This document shows positions 17,725-26,167 of a stretch of 31,455 bases of DNA, piece by piece (within the stretch, counting starts at the first letter, position 1; every line of letters starts with the position of its first letter). Origin of the DNA: Candidatus Bathyarchaeia archaeon (GTDB lineage: Archaea > Thermoproteota > Bathyarchaeia > Bathyarchaeales > Bathycorpusculaceae); the NCBI GenBank assembly GCA_050012255.1, contig JBEKHN010000022.1, positions 1 to 31,455 on the forward strand, in the 5' to 3' direction. The translations under genes and the position numbers were made by a program. The notes below the pieces were generated by a model, which saw only the letters and a program-made list of their open reading frames with translations, ran no database searches and was not told where the DNA came from.

Positions 17725-18764
17725 GCGTGGCCAACCTCTTCTTCCTGCTTTCAGGCGAGCATGAAGACCTACCTGTTTCTGAGCTCAAGGCAATACTCGA
17801 GACAGAGGACTACGCATACGGGGTCAGGGAGAAGCTTGACCAAGTTCTAAGACTGGAAGCCGACCCAAACTGCATAGAGGTTCTAAAACACAGAGCAGCC
17901 TTAACAAGGCTCTGCGCAATGGAACTCTTCACCTGCGAGGCAGAAACGAGCAGCATAGTCAAAGCCTTATCATTAGCAAGGCTCGACCAAGCTTTAAGAG
18001 AAAACGAAAGCTTTGCAGTTCGAGTCAAACACGTCAAAGCCCACGCCTCAGAGATAGACGGAATGATGCTCGAAAAGAAGCTCGGCGAACTCATACTTCG
18101 AAACATGCCCAAGGTCCGAGTCAAACTGAAAAACCCTGACAAAACGCTCGTTGGGATACTGACAAGCGAGAAATTCATCTTCGGCCTAAAACTTGCTGAA
18201 ATCCCGGCGACACCGTTCGTCCAAAGACGCCCCAGAAAGAGACCCTTTTTCCATCCGTCAGCCATGCAAGCGAAACTTGCAAGATGCATGGTAAACTTGG
18301 CACAACCGAAGACTGGAGACCTAGTTCTAGACCCCTTCTGTGGAACAGGAACCACGCTCATTGAAGCTGCGCTAGTCGGCTGCCGCGCCCTAGGCCTCGA
18401 CGTGCAACGTCGCATGGCAAGGGGAACTCTTAGAAACGTGACACACTTCGGCATCAAGCCCGAAGGCGTGGTCGTCGCAGACGCGAGAAGCCTGCCTCTG
18501 AAGAAAGTCGATTGCGTCGTGACGGATCCACCGTACGGCACGTCTTCAACCACCCTGAAACGCACGACGAAACAAGTCATCGAAGAAGTGCTGACCGCCG
18601 TCTATGGACTGCTGAAAAATGGAAGAAGAGTCTGCATGGCCGCGCCTAGAAAGCTGAACATTGTCCAAGTCGGAACGGGCTTGGGCTATAAGCATATAGA
18701 GTCCCATTTCGTCTATGTTCACAGAAGCTTAACCCGAGAAGTCGTCGTGTTCGAAAAGGTGTAG
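17721..18764 (+). CDS. trmG10: THUMP-domain tRNA (guanine-10-N2)-methyltransferase, Trm11/TrmG10 family
   Basis: LSGEH, RPFFHPS, LARCMVNL, LDPFCGTG, TDPPYG, VHRSLTR. Confidence 0.88.
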   Translation: MSVANLFFLLSGEHEDLPVSELKAILETEDYAYGVREKLDQVLRLEADPNCIEVLKHRAALTRLCAMELFTCEAETSSIVKALSLARLDQALRENESFAVRVKHVKAHASEIDGMMLEKKLGELILRNMPKVRVKLKNPDKTLVGILTSEKFIFGLKLAEIPATPFVQRRPRKRPFFHPSAMQAKLARCMVNLAQPKTGDLVLDPFCGTGTTLIEAALVGCRALGLDVQRRMARGTLRNVTHFGIKPEGVVVADARSLPLKKVDCVVTDPPYGTSSTTLKRTTKQVIEEVLTAVYGLLKNGRRVCMAAPRKLNIVQVGTGLGYKHIESHFVYVHRSLTREVVVFEKV

Positions 18765-18768
18765 CCCC

Positions 18769-19689
18769 TTGAGTCTACGCGTTGTTTTCCTAGGAACAGC
18801 AGCCGGTGTTCCAACACTCAAGAGGAGCTTACCTGCGATACTGGTCCAACGCGACGGTGAACAGCTCATGTTCGACTGCGGCGAAGGCGTCCAGAGACAG
18901 ATGCTGATGGCCGGAGCAAGCCTCAACAGGACGACAAGGGTCTTCGTAACACACATGCACGGAGACCACGTCATGGGACTTCCAGGGCTACTGCAGACCA
19001 TGGCCCTGCTCGGCAGAGAAAAAAAACTCGAAGTCTACGGACCCCCGAACATCAGAGATTTCCTGCACGGCATCAGGGAAACAGTCCAGTTCGTCCTAAC
19101 GTTTCCAACAGAAATCCACGAGATAGAAAGGCCAGGCGTTGTCTGCCGGGAAGACGAGTACACCGTTCAGGTCGTCCGGTCGAAGCACGTGATACCGAGC
19201 TTCGCCTACGGTTACGTTGAGAAACCAAGACCTGGGAGATTCTACCCTGAAAAAGCCAAGGCTTTAGGCTTGCCAGAAGGCCCTCTGTGGTCAAAGCTTC
19301 AGCGCGGACAGAGAGTCAAGCTGCCAAACGGGCGTGTCATCAAACCGGAAGAAGTGATGGGCCCGCCTAGACAGGGCAGAAAAATAGTCTACACGGGCGA
19401 CACCCGGCCTTTCAAGCGTCTTGAAAAATTCGCGGCCAACGCAGACCTGCTGATACACGACTCGACGCTGGGCGACGAGCTGGCTGAAAGAGCAGAGAAG
19501 TATGGACATTCAACCGTAGACCAAGCCGCCGAGAGTGCAAAGAAGGCAAAAGTCAAGCAGTTGATACTGACACACATCAGTCAAAGGTACGAAGACACGA
19601 GCACGTGGCTGAAACAGGCGAGAAAGATTTTCAAGAACACTGCGATGGCGGAAGACTTCATGCAAGTAGAGATTCCGCTTTTAGAGTAG
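18769..19689 (+). CDS. rnz: Ribonuclease Z
   Basis: FLGT, DCGEG, THMHGDH, exosite GLPEGP, YTGDT, GHST, THISQRY. Confidence 0.95.
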   Translation: MSLRVVFLGTAAGVPTLKRSLPAILVQRDGEQLMFDCGEGVQRQMLMAGASLNRTTRVFVTHMHGDHVMGLPGLLQTMALLGREKKLEVYGPPNIRDFLHGIRETVQFVLTFPTEIHEIERPGVVCREDEYTVQVVRSKHVIPSFAYGYVEKPRPGRFYPEKAKALGLPEGPLWSKLQRGQRVKLPNGRVIKPEEVMGPPRQGRKIVYTGDTRPFKRLEKFAANADLLIHDSTLGDELAERAEKYGHSTVDQAAESAKKAKVKQLILTHISQRYEDTSTWLKQARKIFKNTAMAEDFMQVEIPLLE

Positions 19690-20457
19690 CAGCTGCTTCA
19701 GCTTCTGCATGCTCTCCTCGATGTGCTCAACAGACTCAAGAATCACGATTCCGTCGAAAGAAGTCTTCTTCAACAAGTCTGCAAAGCTTTGCCAGTTGAT
19801 GCTGCCGTAGCCTATGCCCAGATGCTGGTCCACTTTCCCAAGGTTGTCCTGAGCGTGCACGTGCACAAGCTTGTCCGATAACTCTGTTAGAAAACCGTCC
19901 ACTTCTCCGCTGAGGTTCGCGTGCCCAGTGTCCAAGGCCAACCCCACTTCTTCGTTCAGCTCACTGTAGAACCGCTTGAACTCAGCCACGCTTTTCAAGA
20001 CAAACGGTTCCATAACGTTCTCTATCGCCGTCTTCACGCCGTGCTCATTCGCAAACTTGAACAGGAGCCGAACGCTCTCCAGATTCCTAGTCCAGTCCAT
20101 GCCGGGATAGAACATGCTGACGCCAGCTTTCATCCCTGGGTGGAAGACCCAAAGTCTACAATCTAAACCTGCAGAGTTAGCGATCGACTCCTCCAGCCTC
20201 TTCATCGTCGCGTTCAAAAGTGCCTTATCCTGCAAGGATATGTTGATGCCAGTGAACGGCGCGTGAACCGTGTACTCCACGTCATAAGAATCCCTGACGC
20301 TCTTCAGTGCCAAAACTCTCTTCTCGTCAAGGACGTGAGCACCGTCATCCACAACCTCCACGTACCTCGCCCCCGTCTTAGGAATCTCCTCTACCATCCT
20401 CTCGAAAGGTTCGCCAATAGTGTAGAGCATCGACAAGCCAATCTTCGGATTCGCCAA
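19681..20457 (-). CDS. Sugar phosphate isomerase/epimerase (xylose isomerase-like TIM barrel)
   Basis: VHAP, FHPG, IEN, LDTGHA, HVH.QDN..DQHLGIG.G. Confidence 0.85.
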   Translation of the reverse strand: MANPKIGLSMLYTIGEPFERMVEEIPKTGARYVEVVDDGAHVLDEKRVLALKSVRDSYDVEYTVHAPFTGINISLQDKALLNATMKRLEESIANSAGLDCRLWVFHPGMKAGVSMFYPGMDWTRNLESVRLLFKFANEHGVKTAIENVMEPFVLKSVAEFKRFYSELNEEVGLALDTGHANLSGEVDGFLTELSDKLVHVHAQDNLGKVDQHLGIGYGSINWQSFADLLKKTSFDGIVILESVEHIEESMQKLKQLLL

Positions 20458-20701
20458 GGAAACGTCCCATCCGTATTCGGCTGGATTCTACATGTTGACA
20501 CGCATCCTTATAACACAATCTCAAACCTAGACACGCTTGCCCCATGGCTCCTACGACATCCCGCAGACGCAACGTTCTCCTCGTCAAGTCCTCCTTGAGT
20601 AGCAAAGCTGAGGACTGGCAATCAAGTGGAAAGGGGACAGGCGTTTTAGCCCGGCTCTGAACGGGCAAATGAAACCAGAAGATGGCGTGACAGTGGAGTG
20701 T

Positions 20702-20876
20702 ATTGAAAAGTTACTACCCTTGCCAGACTCTCTGCCAAACGCTCTGCACACGGTCGGCATCGAGCCCGCGCTTAGCCACTAGGGCCTTCACCAGCGCCTA
20801 CGTGCAGTACTAGTACCCTAGGGGGGAGGGGGAGGGTGGAATAGACGGGGCCAAAACGCGAATACAGGGATGTAGC
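20702..20876 (+). repeat. Dispersed repeat family B, copy 1 (G-rich core)
   Basis: 20795-20876 matches the reverse complement of 30118-30199 at 79/82 nt; weaker similarity continues back to about 20702. Confidence 0.92.
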
Positions 20877-20878
20877 AT

Positions 20879-21013
20879 ATGCTGAAGGTCACAGCGAGAG
20901 GAATCAGCCAAACACCGACAATAGTAATCGGCCAAAATTGGATCGAAGCACCGTCCAACGTAGACCGGCTCAAGGAGAAGCTAGAATCCTACCTCAAACA
21001 AGCCAACCCTTAG
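20879..21013 (+). pseudogene. Thioredoxin/glutaredoxin-like C-terminal fragment
   Basis: MLKVTARGISQTPTIVIGQNWIEAPSNVDRLKEKLESYL...; GI..TPTIVI resembles the cis-Pro loop, but there is no CxxC. Confidence 0.4.
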
Positions 21014-21522
21014 AACCGCGGGACGCTGTCTAAAACCATGCTTGAAGTCGTCTTCAACTGATACATGCGCAGGCCGAGGGCAATCTCTACAAACTCCTTG
21101 AGCGTGTAGTTGCAAAACTCCAGAGTCGGCGACCCGTACCTGAGACCCCGACACAGAGGGTCAGCGTAGACAAAAAGCTTGTGTTCACCACAAGGAAGCG
21201 CTGCCTCATTCGCGTAACCGAACTCTGGCTTCGTAAGAACCTTGAAAGGCCAGAGTTGACACGCTCTTGGCTTCGTACGCTGCAGCGTGCAAAGGTTGAC
21301 GCTTGAGTTGCTCTGCAGAAAGACGCAGGACCCGTCGCTTCTCCTCCTTATGAACAGCTTGTCCAGGCCGGCGGCTGTGTTTTCAACCCCGAAACTCTTG
21401 ACAATCCTCAGCCACTCATGAAAGTTTATGACCACACTGTAGAGTCTGCAGCAGTCGCCGCATCTCGTGCACTTCCAGTCTGCGATGTAACGCCAAGGAA
21501 CAAACTGCAACTTAGCCATCAC
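21010..21522 (-). CDS. YkgJ family cysteine cluster (CxxCxxCC) protein
   Basis: CTRCGDCC, CVFL, C...KPRACQLWPF, CRGL. Confidence 0.88.
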   Translation of the reverse strand: MMAKLQFVPWRYIADWKCTRCGDCCRLYSVVINFHEWLRIVKSFGVENTAAGLDKLFIRRRSDGSCVFLQSNSSVNLCTLQRTKPRACQLWPFKVLTKPEFGYANEAALPCGEHKLFVYADPLCRGLRYGSPTLEFCNYTLKEFVEIALGLRMYQLKTTSSMVLDSVPRF

Positions 21523-21548
21523 TGAACGAACTCAACGACCCGCGTCTC

Positions 21549-21974
21549 TTATAAAACCTGCTTCGCATACGGTTTCAGCTTCTCAAAAGCCTCAGCAGGC
21601 ATCTGCGTGGCTCTTCTCGTCCGTCTATCGGCCGCAACGATGACCAAGTAGCCGGACGCCAACAAGTCCTCCGTCTCCTTGTTGGACACTGTGAAGCCCA
21701 GTCTCACAGACTTCTCTCTCAGCTCCTCAACCGTCACTTCCACGTCGAGCATATCGTTGAACCCTGCTGGCTTCTTGTACTGGCAGAATGCTTCAACCCT
21801 TGGGAACCAGAGTCCCCGGCTCCTGAAATCCGTGAAGCTGAAGCCCAAAGCCCTGTAAAACTCTTCTTCAGCCCTCTCAAAAAACCTGAAGTAGTTCGAG
21901 AAATGCACAACCTGCGCCGCGTCAGTGTCAGCCCACGTGACTCTGATAGAAGTCTTAAAAGAACGCGCAGACAT
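21549..21974 (-). CDS. Acyl-CoA thioesterase (4HBT/YbgC hotdog fold)
   Basis: VTWADTDAAQVVHFSNYFRFFERA. Confidence 0.9.
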   Translation of the reverse strand: MSARSFKTSIRVTWADTDAAQVVHFSNYFRFFERAEEEFYRALGFSFTDFRSRGLWFPRVEAFCQYKKPAGFNDMLDVEVTVEELREKSVRLGFTVSNKETEDLLASGYLVIVAADRRTRRATQMPAEAFEKLKPYAKQVL

Positions 21975-21983
21975 GCCACTCCA

Positions 21984-22460
21984 CTAGGGTCTCTTGTAAA
22001 GGTAGATCGTGTGTGATGGAAACCCCAGCTCCTGGTTCTCACAGAAATTCACAACCTTCAACGGTCTCCACCCGACGATCTCATAATCATGAGAAACAAC
22101 CCGCACACCATGCTTCAGCTCCGTCTCCAACTTCGGCTTAATCTTCTCGTTTGCGCTTGTCGTTAAGTAGAGGAAAACCACGTCCGCTGAACTCAGGTCC
22201 ACCGTGAACATGTCACCGTTGACTATGGTTATCCTGTCCTGAAGACCCTGCTCATACACAGTGCCCAACGCCTTCTTCACGAGATCCTCTCTCAGCTCAA
22301 CACCAACGGCTCTGGCACCGTACTCCTTCACCGCCATAACCACCGTCCTTCCGTCTCCAGCCCCCAGGTCAAAGAAGACATCACCAGCCCTCAACTCGGC
22401 CAACGCTAACATCTGACGGACCACCTGCGGCGGACTAGGAACAAAAGGCGCTATGAACAG
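21984..22460 (-). CDS. Class I SAM-dependent protein-lysine methyltransferase, aKMT-like
   Basis: PFVPSPPQVVRQML, DLGAGDGR, AVGVE, KPKLETELKHGVRVVSHDYEI.GW, HTIYLY. The frame extends upstream of the tracked GTG to a CTG at 22460. Confidence 0.85.
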   Translation of the reverse strand: MFIAPFVPSPPQVVRQMLALAELRAGDVFFDLGAGDGRTVVMAVKEYGARAVGVELREDLVKKALGTVYEQGLQDRITIVNGDMFTVDLSSADVVFLYLTTSANEKIKPKLETELKHGVRVVSHDYEIVGWRPLKVVNFCENQELGFPSHTIYLYKRP

Positions 22461-22535
22461 ACCATTATGCCCCCGTTACCAACCAGAGTAACCTTGCTTA
22501 ACCAACAACATTAGTCCTTTAAAGACTTTCAATGC

Positions 22536-22862
22536 CTACGAAACGTACGTCGCCTTCTTAGGCGTGGGCTGTCTGGCCTCACCGCACTTTAGGCAGCTCT
22601 GAGCACACAGCTCAAGGTATTTTGCTTCCTCATCAGAACCAACAGCTTCGGCAGCCTTGCGGCAGATCTCGCTCGGCTCCTCGCACCCCTCCTCCTTGCA
22701 CAGCTTCGAAACCGACATGCAAACATCACGCACGTCCTTAGGGTCAAGCACAGCGCGGTTCGTGCGAACCAGCAGGCAAACTTCCCTCGCCAGAACACAC
22801 GTTTTCACATACTTGATTCTCTCAAGGATTTCTTCACGCATCTTCTTTCGAGTTATTTCCAA
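22536..22862 (-). CDS. Cys-rich helical hypothetical protein
   Basis: TTG at 22862 after GAGG; 108 aa with 9 Cys. Confidence 0.7.
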   Translation of the reverse strand: MEITRKKMREEILERIKYVKTCVLAREVCLLVRTNRAVLDPKDVRDVCMSVSKLCKEEGCEEPSEICRKAAEAVGSDEEAKYLELCAQSCLKCGEARQPTPKKATYVS

Positions 22863-22960
22863 ATCTTTTTCCTCACGTGGCCAGTAGCAGTCGCTTACGC
22901 TCAAGTAGGCAAGCATTGATTTAAACATTGTTTATCGTGGCTGCTGACGGCAGATTTGTC

Positions 22961-25840
22961 CTACCAGAAACGTTTGCTCAGGGCCTTGCGCTCAGCTTCG
23001 AGCACCAGCTCATAGAACCTGTCATTCGTCCTAGGCTGTTTCTCAAGAACTTCTCTAACGTCTGAAGGTTGAACTCTTCTCGCAGACAACGCTATCGCAG
23101 CAGCCTTTCCATACTTCTCGATCAGTTTAGCAGTTTGCACGGCTTGACTCTGAAGCTTCTCTTCCGCCTTCGTAAGCCTCTGACCCTGCTTCTCCACTAT
23201 GGGCTGCAGCCTCTCTTCTTCAACCCTGACGAGTCCTATGGCAGACGAACCGCACCTTGGACACTTGAGCCTGTCAGGCAAATCATTAATCTTCAGCATC
23301 TCCACGTAACTCCAACAGTTCGTGCAGAGGAAACCACTCGTCTCGTTAAGCAACCGAGCCTTAGCAGACTCCACGAGCACAGCCCGCATCCTTTCAGGAG
23401 GAATAAGGTCCGTCTTCATGCTTATTCGCTCAATACCCAGGCGAGCGATAGGAGTTGAAGACCCTTCAGTCTCAACCTTCGTCACCTGAACTTTGCCTTG
23501 CCGCATTCTTCCGAGAACCTCAATCAATTTTTCAACGTCAAGGTCTTTAGTAAACACTTCCTTCAGGGCCTCTTCATAGATTGGCGTGTCTTCAAAGCTC
23601 TTCACCAGCTTCTGAAGGCTAACACTGCTGAAGTCCGCCCACTTCTGCAGAGCCCCAAAGCGATGCGCCACGTGGATCATCCGCCTCTTGAAGAGTCCAG
23701 TCTTCACGGTGGCCGTCTTCAAGCGGTTTCTCACAGCCTTTTCCTGCATCGCTTTGACATCATCAAACAGTGCTACGACCTGATTCGCGTTCACAGTGCC
23801 CATGGTCTGCAAGAAGATACGGTAAGGATCATGCTGAACCACCGCTGTGTACCCCATCTTCTCGGAGAGCAGCTCGCCCAGCAACAAGGCCAAAGCCCTG
23901 TTCGTAAGCGAACCGAAGTTGACGTGAATGAGAACGAACTCTTGCCAGTCTTCGACGATTATCCGCTTGTCAGTCGGAGCTGGAAAACCAGCGTTCACAT
24001 GTTCAATCGTCTCGGCCAAGGCACTTAGAACCGTATCTTTGTCGGATGGATAGCGCTCACTCAACTCGTCTGCGATTTCTTCAGGCGAAACGTTTCTTCG
24101 TCGTTGTTCTTCAACGAAACCCCTGATCACGCCCACTTCTTGCGAAACCTCGAAAGGAACTGGAATCTCCTCTCCTATCCAGCTCGGTATGGCCCCAGTA
24201 GGGTCGTCTATCGGTCTGACATGAACTCGGTCTTCAGAAACGCTATGAATGATCCAAGGCGACCCTCTAATGATGAACTTCGTGCCGGGTTTACCGAACT
24301 CGGCCATAAACGCCTCATCTAGGACTCCAACAGCGGAGTCGTTTGACTCGTCAACAACGAGAAACTGCTTCTCTTCAGGAATCATGGACAAGTTGTCGAA
24401 GTAGTACTCAAAAAGAGCCTTTGTCTGCCGCGGCCTCAGGACTATCTTGTCCTCAAACGAAACCCATGCCAACCGCGGAAAACGTCCATGCATGTACCTC
24501 AACACTTTTTCAACATCATTCTCCGTCAGATCCTCGTAGGGGTAGGCGTTCCCGAAGATTTCAACGATCTCGCTAAACCCAAGCCTTCTGTTCCTAATCA
24601 GCAAACCCGCGATCTGATGTGCGAGAACGTCGTAGGGCTTAGGAGGAATAACCACAGGTTCCAAATCCTCCTTCAACGCCTTTTTCGCAATGGCCAAGGC
24701 CTCAAGAGCATCATCGGAATCCAAGGCAACGATGATTCCCTCGGCGATCCGCCCGATTCTGTGACCGCTCCTCCCCACACGCTGAATGAGCCTCGTCGCC
24801 TGCCTTGGGCTCATGTACTGAACGACCAGGTCTATCCTACCCACGTCTATGCCCAACTCAAGAGAGCTCGTGCAAACGAGCCCCTTCAGCTCACCATTCT
24901 TTAAACCCCTCTCAGCAGCTATGCGAGAAGGCTTAGAAAGCGAACCGTGGTGTATGGAAACGGGAAAATTCATGTCCCAAACCTTGAACCTGCTCGCCAA
25001 AACCTCAGACACAGCCCGTGTGTTCGTGAACAAGAGCACCGATTTGGCCTTGCTGATGTAGTCCCGAATGATCCGCAGTCTCGCCGCAACCTCGGGGTGC
25101 GTGTAAAGCTGAGAAGCAAGCTGCAAATCCTCATCGCCAGGCCTTGGAAAGATGATCTTCAGGTGCATCATTCTTCCGACTGGGACGCGCACTATCTCGA
25201 CGCTTCTGCCCTTTCCGACGAGAAATTGAGCCACCTTGTCTGGGCTGCCGATCGTGGCAGACAAGCCTATCAGTTGGAAGTCCTTTCCGATCATGACCCG
25301 GAGCCTTTCCAACGCCAAGGCAAGCTGACTTCCACGTTTACTGTCAGCCATCTCGTGGACCTCGTCAATTATTACCCATCGCACCTGCTGAAGATGCTGA
25401 CGCATTATCCAACCAGACAAAATCGCCTGAAGAGTCTCAGGAGTCGTGATCAGAATGTCCGGCGGGCTTCTTGACTGGCGAACTCTTTCTTTGGTGTCCG
25501 TGTCTCCATGTCTCACTGCCAACTTCACGTCTAGGGTATTGCACCACCACTCGAGCCTCTCAAGTATGTCACGATTGAGGGCCCGTAAAGGAGTGATGTA
25601 CAAAACCTTGATTCCCGGCTTGCCCTGCTGTCCCTGGAGAAGCATACTCAAAACTGGAAGGAAGGCGGCTTCAGTCTTCCCTGTGGCCGTGGGCGAGATC
25701 AGAAGAACATTTTTTCCCTCAAGAATCAGAGGAATAGTCTTCTCCTGTGGTTCTGTAGGCTTCGAGAACTCCCTCTCCTCAACGAGTCTTCGAACAGGCT
25801 TAACAAGCAGGCCAAAAGCATTTGCAGCTGATTCTTTCAA
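22961..25840 (-). CDS. lhr: Lhr-family SF2 DEAD/H helicase with C-terminal Zn finger
   Basis: PTATGKT, YITPLRAL, TTPETL, DEVH, GLSAT, HHGSLS, TSSLELGID, QRVGRSGH, PSWIGE; C-terminal CTNC...CPRC. Start moved to the TTG at 25840. Confidence 0.92.
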   Translation of the reverse strand: MKESAANAFGLLVKPVRRLVEEREFSKPTEPQEKTIPLILEGKNVLLISPTATGKTEAAFLPVLSMLLQGQQGKPGIKVLYITPLRALNRDILERLEWWCNTLDVKLAVRHGDTDTKERVRQSRSPPDILITTPETLQAILSGWIMRQHLQQVRWVIIDEVHEMADSKRGSQLALALERLRVMIGKDFQLIGLSATIGSPDKVAQFLVGKGRSVEIVRVPVGRMMHLKIIFPRPGDEDLQLASQLYTHPEVAARLRIIRDYISKAKSVLLFTNTRAVSEVLASRFKVWDMNFPVSIHHGSLSKPSRIAAERGLKNGELKGLVCTSSLELGIDVGRIDLVVQYMSPRQATRLIQRVGRSGHRIGRIAEGIIVALDSDDALEALAIAKKALKEDLEPVVIPPKPYDVLAHQIAGLLIRNRRLGFSEIVEIFGNAYPYEDLTENDVEKVLRYMHGRFPRLAWVSFEDKIVLRPRQTKALFEYYFDNLSMIPEEKQFLVVDESNDSAVGVLDEAFMAEFGKPGTKFIIRGSPWIIHSVSEDRVHVRPIDDPTGAIPSWIGEEIPVPFEVSQEVGVIRGFVEEQRRRNVSPEEIADELSERYPSDKDTVLSALAETIEHVNAGFPAPTDKRIIVEDWQEFVLIHVNFGSLTNRALALLLGELLSEKMGYTAVVQHDPYRIFLQTMGTVNANQVVALFDDVKAMQEKAVRNRLKTATVKTGLFKRRMIHVAHRFGALQKWADFSSVSLQKLVKSFEDTPIYEEALKEVFTKDLDVEKLIEVLGRMRQGKVQVTKVETEGSSTPIARLGIERISMKTDLIPPERMRAVLVESAKARLLNETSGFLCTNCWSYVEMLKINDLPDRLKCPRCGSSAIGLVRVEEERLQPIVEKQGQRLTKAEEKLQSQAVQTAKLIEKYGKAAAIALSARRVQPSDVREVLEKQPRTNDRFYELVLEAERKALSKRFW

Positions 25841-26032
25841 GACTAGTTGAACTCCAATGTCAGAGGGAATAAGCATGGAGTCATAGGTAAAAAGATTTTG
25901 GACAGCGTAAGCAGGAGAATTCAAGAAGATTGATGTTGCAAGCATGTGCTAACTGACGTAGCGTTCTAGACAAGAAGGAATAGGAAAACTGTGAGTAGCG
26001 CAGCGCGCTGGCTTGCCCCTAAATTCGCTGAT

Positions 26033-26134
26033 AGCGCGCGTAAGAGCATATACGTTTTGCATATACAGCGGACGAGCATCGTTGAAAACGGTGAGGCCGT
26101 TCACGTTGGATCCGGAGCTACGTGGCTGTTCAAA
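26033..26134 (+). repeat. Dispersed repeat family A, copy 2
   Basis: Shares 23 identical nt (GCATATACGTTTTGCATATACAG, 26046-26068) and about 70 nt of further similarity with the reverse complement of 14774-14903. Confidence 0.8.
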
Positions 26135-26167
26135 CGCGCACGCATAATAAAGGGACAAGGCAGCGCG

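Noticed and set aside
17810-18580. 256-aa antisense ORF (and similar antisense ORFs within lhr, tldD and cca)
   Set aside because: Shadows of well-supported genes on the opposite strand.
12405-25840. Lhr plus beta-CASP exonuclease as a ligase-associated DNA repair operon
   Set aside because: The genes are about 9.5 kb apart on opposite strands, with no ligase or metallophosphoesterase.
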